Positions 46,646 to 58,400 of a stretch of 64,000 nt of DNA are shown in pieces. Source of the stretch: Ruditapes philippinarum (taxonomy: Eukaryota). Each line of letters starts with the position of its first letter. Position 1 is the first letter of the stretch. The stretch lies in assembly GCF_026571515.1 (NCBI RefSeq), contig NW_026865484.1:1116001-1180000 (forward strand). The letters are read 5' to 3'. The position numbers were made by a program, and so were the translations under genes. The notes under the pieces are model-generated. The model was not told the DNA's origin. It worked only from the letters and a program-made list of their open reading frames with translations, and ran no database searches.

Positions 46646-47462
46646 AATAATAAACGTTAGGACCTTACATAAATAATTATTTTTATGTTCTGTAAATAAT
46701 TTTTGGGAAAAATACCAAACCACTTTACAGTGTTGTACCTTTTTTTACTCACAAATGATTTGTTTACACATATTTTGTTGTTGTTGTCGTCATTCTGCAG
46801 ACGTTCTTCGGGGTATCGGAGACGCTTTGTTCGCCTATGGAAGACCGTCCAAGTCAGAAAAAAATCATAAAAATACCGTGATAAAACTCCGGTTTTTTAC
46901 AATGTTGCGCTAATTAGATTTTGCTAGACTTTTTATATGATTTATTTCATTCCATATGCTTTCTGTAGCAGGCAAAAAAAATTTCTGTTGCAATTTGTTT
47001 GAGGTTAATTTACAGACTGACTGGACTAAAGTGGTAATTTCACTGTTTCAAACAGTGAAATTACCAGTTTTATATCACTGATATATTTCTATAAACCACC
47101 GAAAAGCATGTAATAAAACAGGTTAAACTCATTTGTTTTTCAGACATGAAAAGTTCTGAAATCTTCATATTCGGTCGTTTCTCAATTGCACGAAACTAAA
47201 ATATCACGTGACGTGACATTGATTTATAAAAAACAAAAATGTTACAATATTCAAAACGTTTCTTTCCTACTTACAATAGTATTATTATGTGAACTGGATA
47301 TGGCGCGAAAACCTAAGCAACGGCGCTTTTTTACGTATGACGTCATATTAACGTCATGTTTTTCGTTTCAAAATGTCGGTGCTAAACAACATACACACAA
47401 TATTCGGCATATAATTTACAAGAAAGGGGTTCAAGATTTTCAAGACATAAGAAGACGACACA

Positions 47463-50400
47463 ATGGTCGTTTCAATCGTTTTGAAGGAAAAAGGAAGAAA
47501 CAGACTCGGGGTATTGACGGCAATTCTTTCTGCAGTTCTAGCTCTAGCTGGATTTTGCATTATATTCGTTGGCTTATATATTCAACTGCATATTACTGAT
47601 CAACTTATTCTCTTAGAGAGTTACGGCTCAGGCGTTTTACCACATTTTATTGTTAGTGTCGGGGTTATCATGTTTTTGATAAATGGTGCGACTGTGAAAT
47701 TTGCATATGACAGTGGTTTCGCCGAAACATCCGAAAAATTTCGCCTTGTTCTTATCCCAGTATTGATTGTAATGTTTTTGTTTATTTGGGTCATACTTGC
47801 TGCTGCCATAATGACCCTGTCTATGAGAGGAGATGTCGAGGACGCACTGCATGCCGGCCTTAAAGGCGCCATGAAACGGTATAAGAAAAACCTACCTGTG
47901 AAAGTTACAATAGACAAAATGCAGATGGTAATGAGATGTTGCGGCAGCCGCTCTTATAAAGACTGGTTTGAAGTTGGATGGATAAACACGGAGTATGTCG
48001 ACACGCAGGATGTCGATGTAAAGAGGTTTGTAAAGATTTTTATTATTTTCGATATTTAAACTTTTTTTCATTAACTCTCTTACAAAAAATATCAAAACGA
48101 TTTTTTTATTCTTATTTTTTTTACTATTCTAAACCCGAACAAGAATTTGTAACAGAGTTACCAACGTCCCCCGCTTCGGGGAAGTTTTATATGAAGCATA
48201 AAATTGTGCTATTTCAAAAGATTGAGGTATGGATTTCAGGACTTTCAGTCCAAAATTATGATTAATGCTAGATCTGCAAATGCAACAATAAATTTATTAA
48301 AGAAATACTAGTAAAATGAAACATGGAATTTAAAATTCTATCATAATAACCTTTGACCTCTAAGTGTGACCTTGACCTTGGAGATAGGGGTGCAGGTGTT
48401 GTGCGTGACATATCGTCTTATTAATATTACTGTTTGTGCCAAGTATTTTCAAAATCCCTTGAACTATGTAGAAGTTATAGATCGGACATAAAATATACCC
48501 TATAACGGACTATGTCAATCTTTGACCTCTAAGTGTGACCTTGGAAGTAGGGACCCATGTTTTGCGCCTGACATATCATCTTATTATTGTGATTATTTGT
48601 TCAAAGTATTTTTAAAATCCCAGGTTATGGACTGGACACAAAATATACCCTATAACAGACTATGTAAATCTTTGACCTCTACATGTGACATTGACCTTGG
48701 AGGTAGGGACACATATGTTACGCATGACATATGTGATTATTTGTGCCAAGTATTTTCAAAATCCCTTGATCTATGAAGAAGTTATAGACGGGAAACAAAA
48801 TAAACCACATAACAGAGTCTGTTAACCTTTGACCTCTAAGTGTGACCTTGACCTTAGAGTAGGGGTGCAGGTGTTGTACCTGACATATTGTCTTATTATT
48901 GTGACTATTTGTGCCTAGTTATTTCAAAATCCTGAAGAAGTTCTAGATCAGACAAAAAATATACCTTAAAACATACTATGTTAACTTTTGACCTCTAAGT
49001 CTGACCTTGAACTTGGAGGTAGAGATGCAGGTGTTGCGCATGACAAAATTGTGGCAAGTATTTACAAAATCTTTGATCTATGAAAAAGTTATGGACCGAA
49101 CACAAAATTTACCCTGTTATAGACTATGTTAATCTTTGACCTCCAAGTGTGACCTTGACCTTGGAGGTAGGTGACCGGTTGTTGCGCATGACACATCGTC
49201 TTATTTAACAAACATTTGTGCCAAGTTATTTCAGATTCCTTTGATAAATGACAAAGTTATGGACCGGACTCGAAAGTGTAACGGACGGATGGACAGACAG
49301 ACAGACGGATGAAGCCTATTACTATATCCCCCTTTTTTCTTCGAAAAGGCGGGGGACAAAAAAAAACCAGGCAGTGACCAGGTTTTGAACCCCGAACCTC
49401 TCGATTACACTGAACCACGTCCCTAAAGGGTTAACCCAACAGCCTTGCTTACGCCTGAAATCACTACCTTACCGTAAAATGGTTAACTTCCCATTTAAGG
49501 TTTGAATAAAACTCCCAAAATAAAATCATTTTTTTATTATGTTTATTATTGGCTATATAAATTTTGTAATTTAGACAATGTAAGATTAAACTTACGATAC
49601 ATATAGTAACACGTCAATGACGCGATGCTAGGCAGGCGCTAGGCCGGTGCTAGGCTAAGCATTTTTGTGTTGACCTATTTTCCTATCAATTGTGGTTTTC
49701 AGTAAGATGAGAGACGGCGATCTATTTACAGACGACGTCCCCTTTAGTTGCTGTGACATAAAAAGTGCACGTCCATGCGTTTCACACAGAGTTACTGATA
49801 AAGGACAACACAGCAATTACGAGAAAGTGACACTGTATTCCAATGGATGTACAGACACTATTATGGACGAATTCGAGAATAGGATTCTCAAGCCTGCCGG
49901 ATCGGTTGTGATGCTATTGTTTGGTGCACAGGTACTCAAATATCAGTAATCTAGTAGTCTAACAGACGCAAGCTACATTGTTTGTCTTTTTCATATATAT
50001 TTTCAGCATACACGGCATGCATAAATACAACATAATACTTTACGATCATGATGTATAGTTGTATACAAGAAGCTTTGGCAGGCGCCTACTCGTTTAACAC
50101 GACACAAACCTAAATTTACAACTTTATGGTAATCTTTTATTTTTTTCTAATAGAATAGAAGTGACCTTTACCGAGGTTTTGAAGTTTTTACTTTTCATGA
50201 ACAATCTTAGTAGAGTAAGTTAATATATGGAGGTGTCTCCAGTTACTGTTGTACACCTCTGTTACTTTACACCTTAAGATATAACAATTTCAGGTGTTTG
50301 TGATGATTTTATTGAGATATCTACAGACCTCAGTGCAGGGTGCATTTGAAGACGGTGACATGGAAGGACCCGGGCGAGGATTTCTGTTCCCCGCCATGTG

Positions 50401-51975
50401 TACATCATGCACGAGTGGAAACCCTGATAAGTACAAAGATGGAGGTAAGTAATACAACGCTTGAGTTTAGTGTTACATTAAGATCTCATCTTCCCAGAAA
50501 TTTTGTTCACAAAACAACACGTGTTAAGTGCTGGTGGCAGCTGTAGAAAGTAACCTCGTTCTTCATCTTCGTGTTGTTATATTTTTCTGGTCCTTTGGGA
50601 TCACTGATTTTAATACTTTAGTATTAATGATTGAAAACGGCGGTGAAAATGGGTATGAGATGTTGCACTTTGAATTGTCGCTTATAAACATACTCAATAA
50701 AACCGAATCTGCAGTTTTATACCTTCTGTTTTTTTTAAATTGCTCTTAAAAATTTAAATGATCTTCCCATTTCCAGATTGTTCCTATCATATATTAGTAT
50801 GACAATTGTTACTCTGCAATGTATCCTATTGACAAGACTGTTGCATAGATATTGACGTCAAATATGTGTTTACAATAATCTTATAATATAAGTATATTTA
50901 TAAACAGAAGCATATCCTCTCTCCAATACTTTCAATACTTTACAGTTTATACATACATGTATACCAAACATTAAACAGAAAAATAAAATTCAAAAGGTGG
51001 TTTTATTTGGAGCCATCACGCCGTAACATATACATGTGAGATGTTTTCCGGAACGCTGCAGATGCGGTCCCTCCCCCCATACAAACATTTCCAACCAGTT
51101 TATCCCCGGTACAAACAATTACTGTTACTGTTAAATTAAGTATGAGATTGGATTATTCAAAACACTCCTTATTCCGGAGAAACTCTTTTTATTGGGAAAG
51201 TAACAATGAGGTCTATGCAAACATATCAGGATGAAATTTCTGAAATGTATATGTTTCTCTTTCTTTTGATTGACAATACATAAAAAACTTTCACTTACTA
51301 CTAAGATTTAGATGAAGAAGTATCTGTAAGTATTCTGTACAACATGTATATACACGTATATAAATTTTTGACATATGTGTATATATTTCAGGGACGATAT
51401 AAACAATATACTTTAAAAACAAAAATATAAAGATATAAAATGACAACACAAAATTCATTTTATTTTCTCACAAATCTGGACTGCCTGTTGAAACAAAATT
51501 AAGTCATTTACATGACGGAAAATGAATTAGATACACATATACCACATTTCATATTTCTTATTCTTGTAGTGTTGACACATATTCGCGGAGAAGCCACCGA
51601 TATAGAAACAACAGCAGACGTATCTTTGCACTGAAAATAATAACTGAAAATAAGACCGTTTTATGTTTTGTAGCGTTGAAAGCCATCCGTGGAGAAGGCG
51701 GTGACAATTCGACAGTAGGCGACACAACACAAGACAGTTCTTTACTACCAGACGGCCTTGATTTGCTCATGGATGATAAAGGTGGTGGCGGCGGTGGAGA
51801 TAAAAGTAAAAGTAAGAAAAATAAAGCAAAATCCAAGAAAAAACCGCCCAAGAAATCTAGAACTAAATCTAAAAGAAAGTCAAAAAAGAAAGGATTTAAG
51901 AAGAAAGGTGGTGGCAAAAAGAAAGGCGGTGGTGGAAAAAAGAAAGGTGGTGGCGGAGGTGGAAAGAAACGTTAA
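47463..51975 (+). CDS. Peripherin-2/ROM1-like tetraspanin (isoform with K/G-rich terminal exon)
   Basis: Exons 47463-48025, 49703-49931, 50294-50444, 51674-51975. Four hydrophobic segments; IDKMQMVMRCCGSRSYKDWFEVGWI, DDVPFSCC...ARPC, LY.NGC and LRYLQTS match the PRPH2/ROM1 D2 loop and post-TM4 motifs. Confidence 0.9.
48138..49362 (-). mobile_element. HINE-like element with a ~160-bp tandem array, in the tetraspanin intron
   Basis: Repeated TTTGACCTCTAAGTGTGACCTTGACCTTGGAG.TAGGG units, a (GGAC/AGAC)n tract, and subTIR GTCCCCCGC (48167) / GCGGGGGAC (49349). Confidence 0.85.
51570..51634 (+). CDS. Putative short alternative terminal exon of the tetraspanin (VLTHIRGEATDIETTADVSLH*)
   Basis: Pyrimidine-rich acceptor TTTCTTATTCTTGTAG, phase 1 as required by exon 3. 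It shares the xLxxIRGE start with the 51674 exon. Confidence 0.55.
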
Positions 51976-52313
51976 ATGAATGCAAGATAATCGACATTAA
52001 AGACTAAGAATTAATGTATTCACTTCAAAGAATCATAATACATATACATTGTAGTTCATTTTTTTGTCTAAACATGTGAATGGAATATGTAGTCTATTAA
52101 TTAAACTGAGTACAAAACTGACCATTGCTCTTTTTGTTTATTTTGATATAGCCGCTTTTTTGCATAGATCATCAATAAAATGTCTATAAATTTATATGAA
52201 TAGACAAGAAATATAAATGTAATACATTTAATTCATTAATATATCCGCTGTTGCCTGTTCTACACGATATATTATTCAAAATCTTGCAAGATAACCTTTT
52301 TCGTGTTTTGTAG

Positions 52314-53728
52314 AGCTAGAAATAACGTCTAATGTCGGTCATGACTTTGAGGAATCAATGATGTCAGAGATACAGCGAAGTGAGGATTTAAATGCAGATG
52401 ATATCACGTTAGAAAACGCAAGCTTTAGCAGCTTAACGGATTTAGAGTCAGGGACAAACCTTTTAAATGATAGTATCAACAAAATGCCCAATTTCAATCC
52501 TGACAATTCTTTACAGCACAGTTACATACATGAAGACAATTTACATGATTTAAATGCTCTCAGAACAACACGTGATAGTATACACAGACAGAATAGGAAT
52601 AACAAAGATGATAAGGGTTCTAATATGAAAATAACAACGGACATAGGTGGATTTGTATCCGAACAATACGATAAAAGGGATAGGTTGGATAAACATCACA
52701 GTTTAAATAGCTCAAAAATGTCCCATCAAACAGAAAAATCACCAAAAAAATCACTGTTTCAGTCGGCCAGAGAATCACAATCCCCCAAAAAGTCAAAAAC
52801 CCCTAAAACAGCAAATTCATCTTCTTCATCACCAAAAGAACCACGATCCCCCAAGAAGTCAAAAACCTCTAAAACGGAAAAATCATCTAAAAAGTCTAGG
52901 TCACCATCACCAAAAGAACCACGATTCCCGAAGAAGTCAAAAACCTCCAAAACGGCGAAATCATCTAAAAAGTCTAGGTCACAATCGCCAAAAGAATCAC
53001 GATCCCACGAGAAGTCAAAGACCTCCAAAACGGCGAAATCATCTAAAATGTCTAGGTCACCCTCACCAAAAGAACCACGATCCCCCAAGAAGTCAAAGAC
53101 CTCTAAAACGGCGAAATCATCTAAAAGGTCTAGGTCACAATCGCCAGAAGAATCACGATCCCCCGAGAAGTCAAAGACCTCTAAAACGGCGAAATCATCT
53201 AAAAAGTCTAGGTCACAATCGCCAAAAGAATCACGATCTCCCAAGAAGTCAAAGACCTCTAAAACGACGAAATCATCTAAAATGTCTAGGTCACCCTCAC
53301 CAAAAGAATCACGATCCCCGAAGAAGTCAAAAACCTCCAAAACGGCGAAATCATCTAAAAAGTCTAGGTCACAATCGCCAAAAGAATCACGATCCCCCAA
53401 GAAGTCAAAGACCTCTAAAACGGCGAAATCATCTAAAAAGTCTAGGTCACAATCACCAAAAGAACCACGATTCCCGAAGAAGTCAAAAACTTCCAAAACG
53501 GCGAAATCATCTAAAAAGTCTATGTCTCCATCGCCAAAAGAATCACAATCCCACAAGAATTCAAAAAAGCTCGAAACAGCGAATTCATCTAAAAGGTTTA
53601 GGTCACCATCGCCCAAAAAATCACGATCCCCCAAAAAGTCAAAAACCAAAAGGTCAAAACCTGTCAAGAAGTCACGATCGCCAGCAAAATCAAAACCACC
53701 TAAAAAAGGAAAGACACCTAAAAGGTAG
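52314..53728 (+). CDS. Ser/Lys-rich SPKK-repeat coding exon (protamine-like/H1-tail-like), probably an alternative last exon of the tetraspanin
   Basis: Acceptor CCTTTTTCGTGTTTTGTAG at 52313, phase 1 and in frame with ORF 52358-53728. About 11 copies of a 78-bp/26-aa unit SPKESRSPKKSKTSKTAKSSKKSRSQ. Confidence 0.75.
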
Positions 53729-55449
53729 AACAATAATTTGTTAAACGAAGAACTTCAGTGTTTATTAATTTATTTATTTATTTTTGGCGTGGGAGGGGAG
53801 GGGAGGGGTGGTGGTCTTGTTTAAAAAATGGAAGAAAAAAGACCTGTAAATGTGGACATAAACACTTTTATGTACAAACAATTGAAATGGTGTTGGCCGC
53901 AATATAAATAAGAGTTTAAATCATTGTTTTGTTCACAATATTTCAATTCAAAGTTAGTGAGAAAATGCTTGACATAATTTACTTGGTATTATTAAAACAA
54001 GATAAATGTAATATGTAACACATTGGGCAATTTTTGTGTGTCGACCTGTATATAATCAGAAACGTTTATCACGTATATGTTCACTATATACATCCCTGAT
54101 ATTACTTTTGAATTTCATGTCATCCATTTTTATTTTTGTCGAAATTTGTATATTTTAAGAGGCAACATAATGTTGACAAAACAACTGCAGCTTAAAGGCG
54201 GATAATATATAGTGTTCGTCCTTCCGTTAATTCTTTTATTCTACTCCTGATTACCCCGGTGGAGGATGACCAAAATGTGGAAATATGTCCGATTAGGGCT
54301 GCCCATCTCTACACTGACGTTTGTATACATACTGGTAAATGTAGCAAATCGTTATACATGTGGACATAAAGTTTATGTACTGTTTCTGTATATTGTTTTT
54401 TTTTCTAAGATAAAGTTTAAAAATATTCAATATAATTATGATAAAAATACGCTATGTATATAAATTGTCCGCATTATCAGGATTGATCGCTGTAAACCAA
54501 ACGACAATATAACAAGTGCTACAAAACAGGCGCGTTTTAACCTCACAAATTCACGATTTCAGCTTCATGAATTCGCTATTTCAACTTTATGATCTCACTA
54601 TTTAAGCATTAAGAATTTACCTTCACGATATGTAATATCTGAAAAGTGATCCCTCGGAAGCATTACGAAGTGCAAAATTACAAGACAATTAACTTTACAT
54701 TTTCAGAATTTCAGCTTGATTAATTAACGAAATCATTTTCGATCAGTTCGTGATTTCGAAAAGTTGAAATCATTAATTTATGAAATTCAAAAGTCGTGAA
54801 GTTGAAACTGTGAAAACGTGTCTTAGTTAGTTGGAATTGTGATTTCATGAAATTGAAATGGTAAATTCATGAATTTGAAATAATCATGAAGTTGATATAG
54901 TGAATTCATGAAGCTGAAATTGTAAAATGTTGAAATGTTCCCACAGATGTTTCGTATATTTGGGATGGCTTACAGAAACACCACAGTTTTTAGTTGTTGT
55001 CTGAATATAAATAGCATGAGATGATTATGACAAAAATGGCATACTATCATGGATATATAAATATAGAAAAATAGAACAGTTCTTTATCTTTTATTTAACA
55101 TGTGTAACAGCAACAAAAGTAAATATCTAAATAATAAAAAGACATATAAAATAGTATACTTTTTATGACAAATTCATCATTCACATTTCTTAAAAAGTAA
55201 ATGCGACACCCGCAATTATCAAAATACTATTATAAAAAAATATCAAAAGATCCACGAGTATAGTCAATGCACTAGTTAACGTCTTCAGTGACAATATCCC
55301 AAATGTTTGGTTATTTACAACTCCAAACTGATTCACTGAAATTAATAAGTTAATATACTGATTTTGATTGATTAGCTTAAAGCTGTATATCACAGAGACG
55401 CTCTAAATTACGTTTGTGTGGATTCCTAAACCAGTCTATGTGTTTATGG

Positions 55450-58400
55450 TCACAAGGGTGGTTTCGTTCGCCGAACTGACTCTTGGTTTTGTTTATTGTC
55501 TCCGCTGTAACTGAGCCAATCATAAAATCTGTCCATCAAAACAGATGGAGATGCACACGGACATGAACAGAACTTCCGGTCTGCGGATGGATTTGAAGAT
55601 ATTTGTTCCATGGTGTCGCTCTTTTTGCAAAACTTTACCAAACTCGAAGCGAATTTTGTTATCGAGCCAGTTTCGTTTTCCGGTCCACACAGAGATAAAA
55701 ATGTCGTAAAACCAAAAAGGGAAAACAAGAGAGAAATTCCGACTGTACTTAATATAAATATCCCAAATTGGAAGAAAAATTGTATTTGAGCAAATAACAT
55801 AAAAACAGCAGCACCCATCGTTGTAATGGCCCCTGATATTACAGAAAGTCCAATTGATTCAAGCATATCGTGAACTCTATCTAATCGTCTGGATGACTTT
55901 GACATCCGGTAAGCTTCTGCGAGATGAACAATATAGTCAACAGATAGTCCGACAACCATGCAAAGATTAATTGACTCCAAAACCTGCAATCAAAGGATAG
56001 TTTTTTTTTATATCAAACAAAAAAAAACGACATTTTAATTCAAAATAAGAACAAACAAATGTCGTGGTTAACGCTCGAGCAGAATTTTTCCTAGAAAATA
56101 TTCATTTTTACAAGTCTCTACATTTGTCATAAAAAGGGTAAATTACTAAATTAAAAAAGAAAATATGTTTCTTTATCATAAAGGAACTTAATTTAATAGA
56201 TCCTGACTACAATATCAAATCACAATGAGGAATAAAGCATTAAAACAGTAATTCACTATTTGACTTATTTACCCCAAGTTTCCAGCCGGCTAGTGGTACT
56301 ACACCTATGACACAAGCTGTGACAAGACCTATAGTAATGGCGGCTATAGTTCCGATTATAAAGTTAGACGTTGTTAGAACTAGAATAGGCCATGCAGACA
56401 ACAATCCGACGATGATACCTGTTATTGCTGATGTCGCAAGTGTCTGAAAAATAATATATAAATAGACGATATTGAAAGAGTGTAAGTTCAATACTGAATT
56501 TATTGAAGGAGCAGAATAAATTAATATTTTGCAAACTTTACGCTTATGTTTTATTACGCAAATGACATTACCTCAAAATACAAGCACGGCCGTGAATACG
56601 TTTTTTTACGGGGCCGCAAGTTACATTGTATTATTTGTGTACCCCTGTTTTCTTTTCTACGTTGATTCATTTATAAATAAATGATCCGATATTCTAACAA
56701 TAAAAGAGGACAAAGTTGTTGTTTTTTGTTATTGTAGTTCAGTAGAATCTACATCAATCACAAACAGAAAAGGACAAAATTTTATATCATCGTTGCGTCA
56801 ATTAAAATACGCACGTGTAATACGATGTTGTATTATCATATAATACGTACCTCTTGTACATGTAGCCAGTGCCAAAGAGTCTCCGTTACTTGGATGCCAT
56901 TTTGTAGAGATGCTGGCATTCTTTCATTCTTAAAATTAAAAATAAATACATGTTTAACAAAGTCTTTTTTTAGAATTAAATGCAAGGTTACGTACTTAAT
57001 TTAAGCGTATCTTTAATATTTCAATTACACGTATAATAGTGACACAGTGACCACCATGCCCATCAGCGATGTAATATGACATGATAGTGAATAGAAAAAA
57101 GTTTAAAATAAAGTTTAATAATTGGTGTATATGATACAACGCTTTGTACAAAATATTTGGGAAGACAAATGAAATTCTCCAATTTCTATCAAAGTGCACA
57201 AGTCTTTATCATTTTCCAAGACTTAACAATATTATGCTGAACTATTTTGAATAAATAAAAAATACTTACTATATTTTGAATGAAATTTTCCCACTCATGA
57301 AATATAGGAAGTCCTTCCTTGTAGCCAATACTGTAAACGTTCATGGTCGTGTTGATTTCTATAGCCAGATACTGTAACTTTGTACCATAGTACAGGCCTA
57401 TAATAATTACATATATCATTTGATTAATATTGGCTTGAAAGCGGACAGACGTTTATAGCGGAATATACTTTTACGTCATTCTATGGTTAAAACATAAACT
57501 TAATAATATTAGGTTTGGTGAATAAAAAGAAATGAGCCGTGTCACGACAAAACCAACATAGTGGGTTTGCGACCAGCATGGATCCAGACCAGCCTGCGCA
57601 TCCGCGCAGTCTGATCAGGATCCATGCTGTTCGCTATCAGCTTCTCTACTTGTTATAGGGTGTGTAAGCGAACAGCATGGATCCTGATCAGACTGCACGG
57701 TTGCGCAGGCTGGTCTGGATCCATGCTGGTCGCAAACGCATTACGTTGGTATTGTCGTGACGCGGCTCAAATGTAATTTTGTTTAATGTTTTAGAGGTGC
57801 CGGATCTTCCACAGTTCTGTAGGGAATGGGAAATAAATGATGGTAGGCCATACCCAATGCTAACATAACGGATGTGTACATAAAGGCACATGTCGATGGC
57901 ATGCATGCATATACGTTTTCTGTGTTAATCACTTTTTCCCAGGTACAGGTTTAAAATCAATGGCTACTGGAAAGGTCAGGTATGTCATTAAATTTTCCCA
58001 TTATTTTAAAAAGATATTTAAGAAATAAAAAGCGATACCTATCAAAGTTTGTGTGGTACATGTATATATTAAAGAAACATACCAGAGTTGGAATAGTATG
58101 CATTTTGTGTGACGTCTTGAACCTTCTTTTCGGCAAACAGGTGATTATAGCGAAAATAGTCTTTTGTCGGATTCAACTGGTAACCATCCGTCAGCCAGTA
58201 CGATATGAGAAGCTGGAAACCAATTTTCATAAACTAATCATGTACTTAATGCCATACATTCATGATCTAGAATTTTTGCCAATTTCAACATAATACAGCT
58301 CATCGTAATAACGTACACATATAAATAAAGACATAACCAGTAAATTATTATAATTATCTTTTCAATATAAGGCACGTTTTCACTTCAAATGTAAGGCTAA

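Noticed and set aside
51312-51402. Additional micro or terminal exons of the tetraspanin (DEEVS; GTI*)
   Set aside because: Too short, with weak acceptor context; cannot be supported without transcripts.
51558-51917. Minus-strand F/L/P-rich ORF
   Set aside because: Antisense of the K/G-rich tetraspanin exon.
52759-53733. 324-aa minus-strand D/F/L-rich ORF
   Set aside because: Antisense shadow of the SPKK repeat; the + frame has a splice acceptor and a non-repetitive leader.
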